A DNA stretch of 55,885 nt from Acidobacteriota bacterium (GTDB lineage Bacteria; Acidobacteriota; Thermoanaerobaculia; Multivoradales; JAHEKO01): positions 1-55,885 of the forward strand of contig JAJCXP010000139.1 in NCBI GenBank assembly GCA_029263375.1, in the 5' to 3' direction. Below are positions 18,412 to 28,000 of this stretch, in pieces; within the stretch, counting starts at the first letter, position 1, and the number at the start of each line of letters is the position of its first letter. The position numbers and the translations under genes are program-made. The notes under the pieces were generated by a model, which saw nothing but the letters and a program-made list of their open reading frames with translations, did no database searches and had not been told where the DNA came from.

Positions 18412-19674
18412 ATGTCGACGAGGTTCAGAAGCGTCAAGGGCACCCGAGATCTGTTACCGCCGGAAACGGCGGTCTGGAACGCTGTCGAGGCCTGCGCTCG
18501 TCGCGTCTTTGAGAGCTACGGCTACGGCGAGGTCCGCACGCCGCTGCTCGAGGACACCGGTCTGTTCGAGCGCGGGGTCGGTGAGTCGAGCGACATCGTC
18601 GGCAAGGAGATGTACAGCTTCGAGGACCGCAAGGGGCGGCGGGTGAGCCTGCGGCCGGAGAGCACCGCGGCTGTCGGACGGGCATTCATCCAGCACAACC
18701 TGCAGGAGCTGCCGCCGCCGGTGCGGCTGTTCTACATCGGTCCCCACTTCCGCTACGAACGTCCGCAGAAGGGGCGCTACCGTCAGTTCCATCAGATCGG
18801 CGCCGAGCTGCTGGGCGATCCGGGGCCGCACTCCGACGCCGAAGTGATCCTCATGCTGGTCGAGTTCCTGCGCCAGCTCGAGTTTCGGGATCTCGCGGTG
18901 CTGGTCAACACGGTGGGCGACGAGGAGAGCCGTGCCTCGTTCCGCGCCGCCCTGGTCGCGTACCTCGAGCCGCACCGGGAGCGGCTCGGCGAAGACAGCC
19001 GACGGCGGCTCGAGACCAATCCGCTGCGCATCCTGGACACCAAGGACCCGGCCGAGCGCGAGCTACTGGAGGCCGCCCCGACCCTGGCCGACCATCTCAG
19101 CCCGGCGAGCCGCGAGCACTTCGATCAGGTGCTGGCGATTCTGGAGCGGTTCGAAGTGCCGTTCGAGGTCGCGCCGCGACTGGTTCGCGGCCTCGACTAC
19201 TACACCAAGACCGTCTTCGAGATCGTGTCCAAGGGACTCGGCTCACACGATGCCGTGGTCGGCGCCGGCCGCTACGACGGCCTGATCGCGGAGTTGGGCG
19301 GACCCCCGGTCGAAGGGATCGGCTTCGCCATCGGCCAGGACCGGCTGATCGACGTCCTGCCGGAGAGCTTTCTGGCAGCGGTCGCCGGCGAGCCGCCCGT
19401 CATGTTGATTCCGATCGGCGAGGAAGCGCGGGTCGAGGGCCTGGCCATGGCCGAGGCGCTGCGCGCCGAGGGCGTGGCGGTAGTCGCCGAGCTTTCCGGC
19501 CGGTCGATGCGCGCCGCTCTCAAGCAGGCCAACCGCCGCGGCGTCCGCTACGTGGCGCTGGTCGGCGAGGAGGAGATCGCCAGCGGCGAGTTGACCTTGC
19601 GTGACCTCGAGTCGGGCGAACAAGAAACCCTGTCGGCGGCCCAAGCTGCGCGCCGGCTCAAGGAGCAACGATGA
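18412..19674 (+). CDS. hisS: Histidine--tRNA ligase
   Basis: KGTRD, KEMY, LRPESTA, FRYERPQKGRYRQFHQ, LVRGLDYYT, GRYDGL. Confidence 0.97.
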   Translation: MSTRFRSVKGTRDLLPPETAVWNAVEACARRVFESYGYGEVRTPLLEDTGLFERGVGESSDIVGKEMYSFEDRKGRRVSLRPESTAAVGRAFIQHNLQELPPPVRLFYIGPHFRYERPQKGRYRQFHQIGAELLGDPGPHSDAEVILMLVEFLRQLEFRDLAVLVNTVGDEESRASFRAALVAYLEPHRERLGEDSRRRLETNPLRILDTKDPAERELLEAAPTLADHLSPASREHFDQVLAILERFEVPFEVAPRLVRGLDYYTKTVFEIVSKGLGSHDAVVGAGRYDGLIAELGGPPVEGIGFAIGQDRLIDVLPESFLAAVAGEPPVMLIPIGEEARVEGLAMAEALRAEGVAVVAELSGRSMRAALKQANRRGVRYVALVGEEEIASGELTLRDLESGEQETLSAAQAARRLKEQR

Positions 19675-21449
19675 AGCGAACCCCCGCTGGGGATCTCAGA
19701 AGCGATCACGTCGGCACGCGGGTGCTGCTCAAGGGCTGGGTGGACAGTCGGCGCGATCACGGCGGTGTGACCTTCCTCGATCTGCGCGATCGCAGCGGGC
19801 GCGCTCAGGTCGTGCTGCGCGAGGATGAGCATCCGGGGGCAGTCGAAGCGCTGACTGCGGTTCGCAATGAGTGGGTGATCGAGATCGAGGGCGAGGTACT
19901 GACACGCGCGACGGCGAACCCCGAGCTCGCCACCGGCGAGGTCGAGGTGCTGGCCGATCGTGCCGAGGTCCTTTCGTCGACTCGCGGCTTGCCGTTCAGC
20001 TCCGAGACCGCCCTCGACGCGACCGAGGAGACGCGTCTCAAGTATCGCTACCTGGATCTGCGACGGCCGGAGCTGCAGCGCAATCTGCTGCTGCGCGACC
20101 AGATCGATCTCGAGATCCGGCGCTACTTTCACGAACAGGACTTCGTGCACATCGAGACGCCGATCCTGACCCGCTCGACCCCGGAGGGCGCGCGCGACTA
20201 CCTGGTGCCAAGCCGGGTCCAGCGTGGGGCGTTCTACGCCCTGCCGCAGTCGCCACAGATCTTCAAGCAGATCCTGATGGTCTCCGGTTTCGAGCGTTAT
20301 GTTCAGATCGCTCGCTGTTTTCGCGACGAGGATCTGCGCGCCGATCGGCAGCCGGAGTTCACCCAGGTCGATGTCGAGATGTCGTTCCCGACCGAGGAGG
20401 ACATTTTCGAGTTGATCGAGGGCCTGTTCGCGCGGATCTTTCCGCTGGTCGAGATCGAACCGCCAACGCCTTTCCGGCGGATGACCTACGCCGAGGCCGA
20501 GCGGCGCTTCGGCACCGACCGACCAGATCTGCGTTTCGGTCTGGAGATAGTGGATCTGACCGAAGGCCTGGCCGAGAGTGGCTTCCGAGCGTTCCAGGCG
20601 ACCGCTGCCGCGGGCGGTGCAATCCGGGCGATCTCGATTCCCGACGCTGCCGACGCCACCCGCAAACAGGTGGACAGCTGGGTGCGGATCGCTCGCCAGC
20701 ACGGCGCGGCCGGAGTGCTGACGCTGCGCAATCGCGACGGCGAGATCTCGTTCCAGGTCAAGGACGTCCTGAAGCCGGAGGAGCTCGCCTGGGCGGCCGA
20801 TCGGCTGGAGCTCGTGCCCGGGAGCCTCGGGCTGATCGTCGCCGCCGAGCCCGCCGTCGCCGCGGCGACCCTGGGCGCCCTCCGCCTCGCGCTCGCCGAG
20901 GAGTACGACCTGATCGACAAGGACCGCAACGAGTTCCTCTGGATCACCGAGTTCCCGCTGGTTGAGTGGGTGGAGGAGGACGGCCGCTGGTACTCGGTCA
21001 ACCATCCATTCACGGCGCCGATGCCGGAGGACCTCGGCGCTCTCGACGTCGACCTCGGGTCGGTGCGCGCGCGTGCCTATGACGTGATCCTCAACGGCGT
21101 CGAGCTCGGCGGTGGCTCGATCCGTATTCACGAGCCCGGCCTTCAGGAGCGGGTGTTCGAGCTGCTCGGAATCGAGCCGGCGGAGGCCGAGTCGCGGTTC
21201 GGCCATCTGCTCGACGCCCTCCGCTTCGGAGCGCCGCCGCACGGAGGCATCGCACTCGGACTCGACCGGCTGGTTATGCTGATGGCGGGCGCCGAGTCGC
21301 TGCGCGAGGTGATCGCGTTTCCCAAGACCACCTCGGCGTCGTGCCTGATGAGTGGCGCGCCCGCGCCGGTCGAGGCGGAGCAGCTGGCCGAGCTGTCGAT
21401 TCGCGCGATCGAGGACGCGGACGCGTCGGATCCGGCCGGTGACGGCTAA
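19671..21449 (+). CDS. aspS: Aspartate--tRNA ligase (possibly non-discriminating Asp/Asn)
   Basis: RRDHGG, RLKYRYLDLRR, ALPQSPQIFKQ, FRDEDLRADRQPEF, PPHGGIALGLDR. Confidence 0.97.
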   Translation: MKRTPAGDLRSDHVGTRVLLKGWVDSRRDHGGVTFLDLRDRSGRAQVVLREDEHPGAVEALTAVRNEWVIEIEGEVLTRATANPELATGEVEVLADRAEVLSSTRGLPFSSETALDATEETRLKYRYLDLRRPELQRNLLLRDQIDLEIRRYFHEQDFVHIETPILTRSTPEGARDYLVPSRVQRGAFYALPQSPQIFKQILMVSGFERYVQIARCFRDEDLRADRQPEFTQVDVEMSFPTEEDIFELIEGLFARIFPLVEIEPPTPFRRMTYAEAERRFGTDRPDLRFGLEIVDLTEGLAESGFRAFQATAAAGGAIRAISIPDAADATRKQVDSWVRIARQHGAAGVLTLRNRDGEISFQVKDVLKPEELAWAADRLELVPGSLGLIVAAEPAVAAATLGALRLALAEEYDLIDKDRNEFLWITEFPLVEWVEEDGRWYSVNHPFTAPMPEDLGALDVDLGSVRARAYDVILNGVELGGGSIRIHEPGLQERVFELLGIEPAEAESRFGHLLDALRFGAPPHGGIALGLDRLVMLMAGAESLREVIAFPKTTSASCLMSGAPAPVEAEQLAELSIRAIEDADASDPAGDG

Positions 21450-22539
21450 CCCGGTCGACCTCGAGCTCCGGCACCCGCGCGGCCGAACTCAGATCCGCAT
21501 CGGGGCCGGCGCGCTGGCGGAACCCGGCGCCGAACTGCTCACGTCGCTCTCGGGGCGGACATGCTTCGTCGTCACCAGCGCGCAGGTGCGCGAACTCCAC
21601 GAGCGGCGACTCTCACCGCTGCTCGAATCGTGTCGGCAACGACAGGTGCTCGAAGTGCCGGTGGGCGAAGGCGCGAAGGACCTCGAGATCGCGGCCGACC
21701 TGTGGCGGCGGATGGTGCGCGGCGGCGGCAAGCGCGACAGCGTCGTGATCGCGTTCGGTGGTGGCACGGTGGGTGACCTGGCCGGGTTCGTCGCCGGCGG
21801 CTTCCTGCGCGGTATCGACTACGTTCAGATCCCGACGACGCTGCTAGCTCAGGTCGATGCGGCGATCGGCGGCAAGACGGCGGTCAACCTGCCCGAGGGC
21901 AAGAACACCATCGGCCTGTTTCATCACCCGCGAGCGGTGATCTGCGACACCGAGATGCTTTCGACACTCGACCCCGCCGAGCTCCGATCCGGCCTCTTCG
22001 AGGTCCTGAAGATCGGCGCGATTCGGGCTGCCGAGCTGCTCGGCGTCCTCGAGCGTGTCCTGCCCGAGCTGCTCGCGAGGGACGCTCATGCGCTGGCACC
22101 GGTGGTCGCGGCCGCGGTCGCTGCCAAGGCCGAGATCGTCGAGGCGGATCCCGAGGAGGGGGATCTGCGACGACTGCTGAACTTCGGCCATACGCTCGGC
22201 CACGCGCTGGAGTCGCTGTCCGGATACTCGGGGCTGCGGCATGGCGAGGCGGTCGGATACGGGATGCTGTTCGCGCTCGAGCTCGCGCGCGAAAGGGGGC
22301 TCGAGGCGCGGGTCGCCGAGCGATTGGTGGCGCTAATCCGGAAGATCGGTCTGCCGCCCTTGCCGCGCGCCTCGGTCTAAGACCTGGTGACGAGCATGGC
22401 TCGAGACAAGAAGGCGCGCGAGACCGGTCTGGCCTGGGTCTACCCGCGGGCGCTCGGGGAAGGCGTCATCGATGAGAGCGTCGAGATGGCCGACGTCGAG
22501 CGCCTGCTGCGTGAATTCCTGCGCGCCGAGTGCGGCTGA
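21439..22539 (+). pseudogene. aroB: 3-dehydroquinate synthase interrupted by in-frame TAA at 22378-22380 (true pseudogene or base-call error)
   Basis: GGGTVGDLAGF, PTTLLAQVDAAIGGKTAVN, LNFGHTLGHALE, HGEAV; after the TAA the frame continues DLVTSMARDKK... (conserved DKK motif) to TGA 22537-22539. Confidence 0.85.
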
Positions 22540-22618
22540 CCGACTTCGGACCGGCTGCGGTCGGAGCGGAATACACAACAGGAGAGACGCCGGCGTTCGG
22601 CTATATTGCCTTCAGGTC

Positions 22619-24565
22619 ATGTTGCACCTCGGCGCAGTGTTCTCCGGCTGGAAGATCCGCAATATCCTCTTCCTCCTCCTACTCCTGACGGGGATCGTGC
22701 CGTTGGCGATCTCCGGAGCTCTGCTGGTGCGGCAGAACAGCGAGATCTTCGAGACCCAGGAGAAGAGCTCCCTCGCGCGCTCGGCGATGTTCCTGTCGAT
22801 CGGGCTGAACGACTATCTGGTCGAGGCCCGGCGCAATCTGGAGCAGTTGGGACGGTTGGTGATCACCCTCTCCACTCACCCCGACAGCCAGGGGCTGGTG
22901 ACCGAGGCGACGCTCCGGGGTGGGTACCTCGGCGAGGGCACCAAGCAGGGTCGCTGGCTCGAGTCGTACCTCGAGAGCTACCTCGACGAGGGCCCGCGCT
23001 GGAGCGGACTGCGAATCCTGGATTCCAGCGGCAGCGGTCCCTACTCCTTCCCCAAAGTGCTCGACGAATCGGTGATCGAGGCGCTCGCTTCGACCTACCG
23101 TGACGCGGTCGTCGGAGAGCAGTCGGTCTGGCGGCTGGTCGGCGACTCGAGCGCCAACTCGAGCGCCAACTCGGGATCGTCGGATCGCACGCCGTTGCCG
23201 TTTGCGGTGGTCACGACGCCGGTCTCGGCGGTCGGCTTCGAGGGCCGCATCTTCGTTCAGGGAGTGCTCGAGATCGAGCCCTTGCGAAGCGGCTTCGGTC
23301 GCGGCGCCTTCAGCGACGTCGGCGTGTTCCTGGTTGACGACTCCGGGGGCATGCTCTGGTACAAGGGAGCGGATGCGAAAACCGCTGCCGCGGTGGAGAG
23401 GTCGCAGCCGATTGCCGATTTCTCCGAGTTTCCGCTCAACCTGACCGCCGAGTACGAGCTGCCCGTGGACGGCATCGATACCCGTCTGGTCGTTCGGATC
23501 AGCCCGGTCGACGAGGCCTCGTGGGGAGTCGTGCTGCACAAACCGGTCGCCACGGCCTTCCGAGCGTCCGATCAGATGCTCCTGAACACCGCGATCGCCA
23601 GCGCCGTGGTCATTGTGCTGGCCCTTGTGGTCGCCGGCTTGGCCGCGCGTCGCATCAGCCGGCCGATCTCGCGCCTGGCGGAGAGCACCAAGGAGATCGC
23701 GGCCGGCAACTTCGGCAAACGGATCGAGGCCAGCGGGCCGGGAGCCGAGATCGGCGAGCTGGCCGAAGACTTCAACCGCATGGGCGACCAGCTCCACCGC
23801 CACGTCCTGCAGCTGGAGCGGGCGGCGCAGACAAATCGCGAGCTCTTCATCGGCTCGATGCGCGCCTTCGTAGCCGCGGTCGACGCCAAGGACCCCTACA
23901 CCCGCGGTCACTCGGAGCGGGTGGCGGCTCACAGCCGAACGATTGCGCGCTTCTTGGGGCTCTCGGCCGACGCCCAGCACCACGTCTGGGTCGGGGCTCT
24001 GCTGCACGACGTGGGCAAGATCGGCGTCGACGACAGCATCCTGCGCAAAGGAGGCGTGCTAACGGCCGAGGAGTACGAGCAGATGAAGCTGCACCCCGTG
24101 ATCGGGGCGGAGATTCTGAGCCGGATCGAACAGCTGCGCGAAATGATGCCCGCCATCCGGTGGCATCACGAAGCGTGGAACGGGATGGGCTACCCGGACG
24201 GCCGCAAGGGCGAGCAGATTCCGCTGATGGCGCGCATCGTCGGTGTGGCGGACACGTTCGACGCAATCACCACCAGCCGACCCTATCAACGCGCCTATGA
24301 GGTCGAGTTCGCGCTCGAGACGATCCGCAAGCTCGCCGGTACGCGCTTCGATGCCAAGGTGGTGACCGCGTTCCTGCGCGCGTTCGAGGCGGGCGAGGTT
24401 CAGCTCCGGCGCGAGACCGAGCCCCATGCCGAGCAGACCGAACTCCAGACCGAGCTCCTGACCGAAGAACCAGAGACCGAGTCCCTGACCGAGCCCGAGG
24501 GCGACGTCCTGCGCGAGCCCGACGGCGACGTGCTGCGCGAACCGACCGCCACGGTCGCCACCTGA
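22619..24565 (+). CDS. Membrane-bound HD-GYP domain protein (periplasmic Cache-like sensor, HAMP); putative cyclic dinucleotide phosphodiesterase
   Basis: Two TM helices, HAMP (EIGELAEDFNRM), DAKDPYTRGHSERV, LLHDVGKIG, HHEAWNGMGYPDG, VADTFDAITTSRPY. Confidence 0.92.
   Translation: MLHLGAVFSGWKIRNILFLLLLLTGIVPLAISGALLVRQNSEIFETQEKSSLARSAMFLSIGLNDYLVEARRNLEQLGRLVITLSTHPDSQGLVTEATLRGGYLGEGTKQGRWLESYLESYLDEGPRWSGLRILDSSGSGPYSFPKVLDESVIEALASTYRDAVVGEQSVWRLVGDSSANSSANSGSSDRTPLPFAVVTTPVSAVGFEGRIFVQGVLEIEPLRSGFGRGAFSDVGVFLVDDSGGMLWYKGADAKTAAAVERSQPIADFSEFPLNLTAEYELPVDGIDTRLVVRISPVDEASWGVVLHKPVATAFRASDQMLLNTAIASAVVIVLALVVAGLAARRISRPISRLAESTKEIAAGNFGKRIEASGPGAEIGELAEDFNRMGDQLHRHVLQLERAAQTNRELFIGSMRAFVAAVDAKDPYTRGHSERVAAHSRTIARFLGLSADAQHHVWVGALLHDVGKIGVDDSILRKGGVLTAEEYEQMKLHPVIGAEILSRIEQLREMMPAIRWHHEAWNGMGYPDGRKGEQIPLMARIVGVADTFDAITTSRPYQRAYEVEFALETIRKLAGTRFDAKVVTAFLRAFEAGEVQLRRETEPHAEQTELQTELLTEEPETESLTEPEGDVLREPDGDVLREPTATVAT
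23145..23173 (+). repeat. 12-bp in-frame tandem repeat (SSAN x2) in HD-GYP sensor domain
   Basis: actcgagcgcca x2 plus partial actcg. Confidence 0.8.
24491..24544 (+). repeat. 24-bp in-frame tandem repeat (EPxGDVLR x2) in acidic HD-GYP C-terminal tail
   Basis: gagcccgagggcgacgtcctgcgc / gagcccgacggcgacgtgctgcgc / partial gaaccg. Confidence 0.8.
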
Positions 24566-24637
24566 TCCTCCGCGTAGCCGGCCTGTTCTTCGGTGCGGCT
24601 TTCGGCCAGAATGCCGTGCGAAGGACCGCACCACGGC

Positions 24638-25024
24638 ATGCCCTACCAGTACATCCTGGCCAACCTGCTCGCCGAGGCCGACGACGTCGATGGGGTGCTG
24701 TTCGTCGATGACGAGGGGGAGACCGTGGACGTGGCGGGTCGCCCGGACGGCGAGATGGATCTCAAGATTCTGGGCGCCTATCTGGGTATTTACGTCCAGC
24801 GTGTGGTATCTCTGACGCAGGCGCAGGATCTCGGCAAGCCGAAGGTGCTGCTGGTCGAGCGCCGCGGGCTGACGCTCGTGGCTCGCGCCCTCTCCGGCGG
24901 CTACTGCCTGGGCCTGGTTCAGAAAGCCAAGCGGGGCATCGGTCGATCGCTACGGAGCCTGGAGCGAGCGGCGGCCGATCTGGAGCGCGAAGTGTTGGGT
25001 GAGATTCAGAGCCATGACGACTGA
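24638..25024 (+). CDS. Roadblock/LC7 (MglB/MglC-like) domain protein
   Basis: About 128 aa; ILANLL...VDGVLFVDDEGETV...YCLGLV...IGRSLRSLERAA pattern typical of the roadblock fold. Confidence 0.7.
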   Translation: MPYQYILANLLAEADDVDGVLFVDDEGETVDVAGRPDGEMDLKILGAYLGIYVQRVVSLTQAQDLGKPKVLLVERRGLTLVARALSGGYCLGLVQKAKRGIGRSLRSLERAAADLEREVLGEIQSHDD

Positions 25025-26003
25025 CGAATCATTCGATCCGGCGCCGGCGCGCGAGCTGCCGGCGCCCGAGAACGCCGGCTTCTGGAAGAAGCTTCGCCGC
25101 GGCCTGCAGCGCACGCAGAGCGGCATCTTCGACCGCTTCGACGCGGCCGCCGCCGGCAAGACGACCCTCGACGAAGAGACCATCGAGTACCTCGAAGAGA
25201 GTCTGATCGCCGCCGACCTCGGTATCGAGACCGCGCTCGAGCTGATCGAGCGCATGCGCGACGGTCTACGGCCGAGCGAGGCGATCGACGTCCTGAAGTT
25301 GCGTGAGCGCCTGGTCGACGAGATGGCCGTCCTGCTGCTCGACGCGCCACAGCCTCGCCGGCGCTCGGGCGATCCACTGATCACTCTCCTGGTGGGGGTC
25401 AACGGCACCGGCAAGACCACGACCGCCGCCAAGCTCGCGCGACGATCCCTCGACCGCGGAGAGACGGTACTGCTGGCCGCCGCCGACACTTTCAGAGCGG
25501 CAGCGATCGAACAGCTGGCGTTGTGGGGGGAGCGTCTGGGCGTCGACGTCATACGGCAGCAGACCGGCGGCGATCCGGCGGCGGTCGTGTTCGATGCCCT
25601 GCAGGCGGGGCGGGCGCGCAAGATCGATCATCTGATCGTCGACACCGCCGGCCGGTTGCACACCAAGGAGCACCTGATGGCCGAGTTGGAGAAGATCAAG
25701 CGGGTGATCGATCGCGAGGGCGATGGGTGGGAGCGGCGCACAGTGCTGGTGTTGGACGCGACCACCGGACAGAACGCGATCACCCAGGCGCGCGAGTTCA
25801 CCCGCGTCGTCGACGTCGATGGCGTGGTGCTCGCGAAGATCGACGGCACCGCGAAGGGCGGCGTCGCGGTCGCGGTCGCGCGCGACCTGCGGCTGCCGAT
25901 TCTGCACCTTGGCGTCGGCGAGAGCCCTGGCGATCTGGTCGACTTTCACCCGCGGGACTTCGCCAGGGCACTGCTCGGTCCGCCGACAATGGCGCCGGTC
26001 TGA
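25014..26003 (+). CDS. ftsY: Signal recognition particle receptor FtsY
   Basis: GVNGTGKTTT, DTFRAAAIEQL, DTAGRLH, DATTGQN, KIDGTAKGG, GVGE. Confidence 0.96.
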   Translation: MTTDESFDPAPARELPAPENAGFWKKLRRGLQRTQSGIFDRFDAAAAGKTTLDEETIEYLEESLIAADLGIETALELIERMRDGLRPSEAIDVLKLRERLVDEMAVLLLDAPQPRRRSGDPLITLLVGVNGTGKTTTAAKLARRSLDRGETVLLAAADTFRAAAIEQLALWGERLGVDVIRQQTGGDPAAVVFDALQAGRARKIDHLIVDTAGRLHTKEHLMAELEKIKRVIDREGDGWERRTVLVLDATTGQNAITQAREFTRVVDVDGVVLAKIDGTAKGGVAVAVARDLRLPILHLGVGESPGDLVDFHPRDFARALLGPPTMAPV

Positions 26004-26015
26004 GCCGCTCCGCCG

Positions 26016-26963
26016 ATGCCGTCGCTAGAGAGCTACCGGCCGGGTCCTGAGCGCGTCTGGATCCGTTATCGGCCGCGCAATTGGCCCTCGGCGGCCGGCC
26101 TCTGGACCGATTTCGGCCGCGCCGCGCTCGGTCAGCAGGGAAGGTCCGATGCTCGGCTACCGAGCGCACCGCCGCGGGCTGCGAGCGACGTTGTCTATCT
26201 GCCGCCTGTGGACCCCGAGCTCGAGCCGCATCGTCGTGAGCTGGCCCGGGCTTGGGCTTTCACCGGCACGCCGGTCCTGGTTCAACGGCGGCTGGGAGAC
26301 GGCGCTGCGGAGGCCGAAGAGATCGCTGAGGTCTGGGATCTGCTGCCGACCCTGCTCGACCGGGACCTGAGCCCGCTCGGCGGATTGCCCGACGGTGCGC
26401 AAGCGGTCTGGCCACTGATCCCGGCCGTTACCGACGAAGCCGAGGTCGTGGCCGAGGGGCTGGATCGGCTGGCAGACGCCGGAGTCGCAGCGGTCCAGCC
26501 GCTTGTGTTGGACCTCTCCGCCCAGGCCAAGAGGCGGCTGCTCGAAAGCGCCGGTGAGGGCGCGTTCGATCGTCTGTTCCACGGGCCGCCCCCGGCAGAG
26601 CGGGAGTTTGCGGCGTCGGCGCGCGAGCGCGGAATGAAGCTGTTCGTCTCGAGGCCGCTACCAACCGGGAATCCGCGGCTCGCGCTGCGTCGCAGGTGCG
26701 CCGGCGAGCTCAGACTCGCGGCCTACCTGGCGTACCGCCTCGGCTGGCCGGAGGCGGAGAGCCAGGCGTTCCTCCGGGCCGCACGCTGGATCGACCGTGA
26801 GGACCACGACGTCGCCGCGCTAGCCGAGGAGGGTAACCTCGAGATCGTCGATTGGATCGACGCCCGGAGCCGCGCGGTGGTCGAGAGCATCGTCGAAAGC
26901 GGCAACTCGCCGCTGGTCGAGAGCCTGATTGTCGAGTTCGCGGGCGGAACCTCGGCGGGGTAG
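26016..26963 (+). CDS. Hypothetical protein: degenerate radical-SAM-like (SPL family) region plus C-terminal PolX-type helix-hairpin-helix (HHH_8-like) region
   Basis: PLIPAVTD...LADAG..AV resembles SPL/Rv2578c-family C-half; AFLRAARWI...VAALAEEGNL..VDWID...VESIVESG resembles the PolX N-terminal HhH; no CxxxCxxC. Confidence 0.5.
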   Translation: MPSLESYRPGPERVWIRYRPRNWPSAAGLWTDFGRAALGQQGRSDARLPSAPPRAASDVVYLPPVDPELEPHRRELARAWAFTGTPVLVQRRLGDGAAEAEEIAEVWDLLPTLLDRDLSPLGGLPDGAQAVWPLIPAVTDEAEVVAEGLDRLADAGVAAVQPLVLDLSAQAKRRLLESAGEGAFDRLFHGPPPAEREFAASARERGMKLFVSRPLPTGNPRLALRRRCAGELRLAAYLAYRLGWPEAESQAFLRAARWIDREDHDVAALAEEGNLEIVDWIDARSRAVVESIVESGNSPLVESLIVEFAGGTSAG

Positions 26964-27007
26964 CGGGCAGGGGTCCGTCCCGACGCCACGCGGCGAAGGG
27001 TGGCCTG

Positions 27008-27385
27008 CTAGGGAATGCGAGCGATGAGATCGATCTCGACTTTGCCGCCCTTGGGCAGCGCCGAGACCTGGACGGTCGACCGCGCCGGCCGATGGTCCGC
27101 CATCGCCTCGGCGTAGAGCGCGTTGAGCTGTGCGAAGTCCGCGAGGTCGGTGACGTACACCGTGGCCCTGACGACGTCGCCGAAGCCGCAGCCCGAGGCC
27201 GCGAGCACCCGGCCCAGGTTCTTCAGCACCTGACGCGCCTGGCTCTCGAAGTCGTCGGCGACCAGTTCGCCGGTCGCTGGATCGATGCCCACCTGGCCCG
27301 AGGTGAAGAGCCAGCCGTCGAGGTCGACGGCTTGCGAGTAGGGTCCGATGGCTTCCGGGGCGTCGGCTGTGTGCACTCGCTTCAT
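27008..27385 (-). CDS. ridA: RidA family reactive intermediate deaminase
   Basis: APEAIGPYSQA, SGQVG, PARSTVQVSALPKGGKVEID. Confidence 0.92.
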   Translation of the reverse strand: MKRVHTADAPEAIGPYSQAVDLDGWLFTSGQVGIDPATGELVADDFESQARQVLKNLGRVLAASGCGFGDVVRATVYVTDLADFAQLNALYAEAMADHRPARSTVQVSALPKGGKVEIDLIARIP

Positions 27386-27924
27386 TCGGTTGCGTCTCCG
27401 TCGAATACGCCGATGTAGGTCAGGTTGCGGTAGCGCTCGTCGACATCGAGGCCGTAGCCGACGACGAACTGGTCTTCGATCTCGAAGCCGCAGTAGTCGA
27501 TCTGGACTTCGGCCTGGCGCGCCTCTTTCTTGTCGAGCATCGCGCACAGCTTGACGCTGCGGGCGCCGCGAAAGCGAAACAGGGCGAGCACCGTATTGAG
27601 AGTGAAGCCGGTGTCGACGATGTCGTCGATCAATAGGACATCGCGGCCGCGGATCGATAGGTCGACGTCCTTGAGAATGCGGACCTCGCCTGGCTCGGTG
27701 CCGGAGCCGTAGCTCGACGTCTGAAGAAAGTCGACGTGCAGCGGCAGCTGGATCCGTTTGAGGAGGTCGCAAAGAAAGAACACCGAGCCCTTGAGTACGC
27801 CGATGCAGAGTGGCGGCTCGCCGCCGCGATAGTCGCGCTCGATCTGGGCCGCAAGCTCGGCGATTCGCGCCTGCAGGCGCTCCTCGGAGATCAACTCCCG
27901 AGGGTTCGTGTCGCTGGCAGTCAT
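27382..27924 (-). CDS. hpt: Hypoxanthine phosphoribosyltransferase
   Basis: GVLKGS, SSYG, LIDDIVDTGFTL, FVVGYGLD..ERYRNL. Confidence 0.95.
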   Translation of the reverse strand: MTASDTNPRELISEERLQARIAELAAQIERDYRGGEPPLCIGVLKGSVFFLCDLLKRIQLPLHVDFLQTSSYGSGTEPGEVRILKDVDLSIRGRDVLLIDDIVDTGFTLNTVLALFRFRGARSVKLCAMLDKKEARQAEVQIDYCGFEIEDQFVVGYGLDVDERYRNLTYIGVFDGDATE

Positions 27925-27931
27925 GGACGCG

Positions 27932-27994
27932 AGTATACGGTTACTCGAAGGCGGATGCGGCGCGGCCGCGCGTGGCTGCGCCGCCGGTTAGAAT
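27932..27994. promoter_or_regulatory. Divergent -10 boxes for hpt (TATACT, minus) and lolC/E (TAGAAT, plus)
   Basis: 7 nt and 6 nt upstream of the respective start codons; no clear SD. Confidence 0.6.
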
Positions 27995-28000
27995 CGAGCG

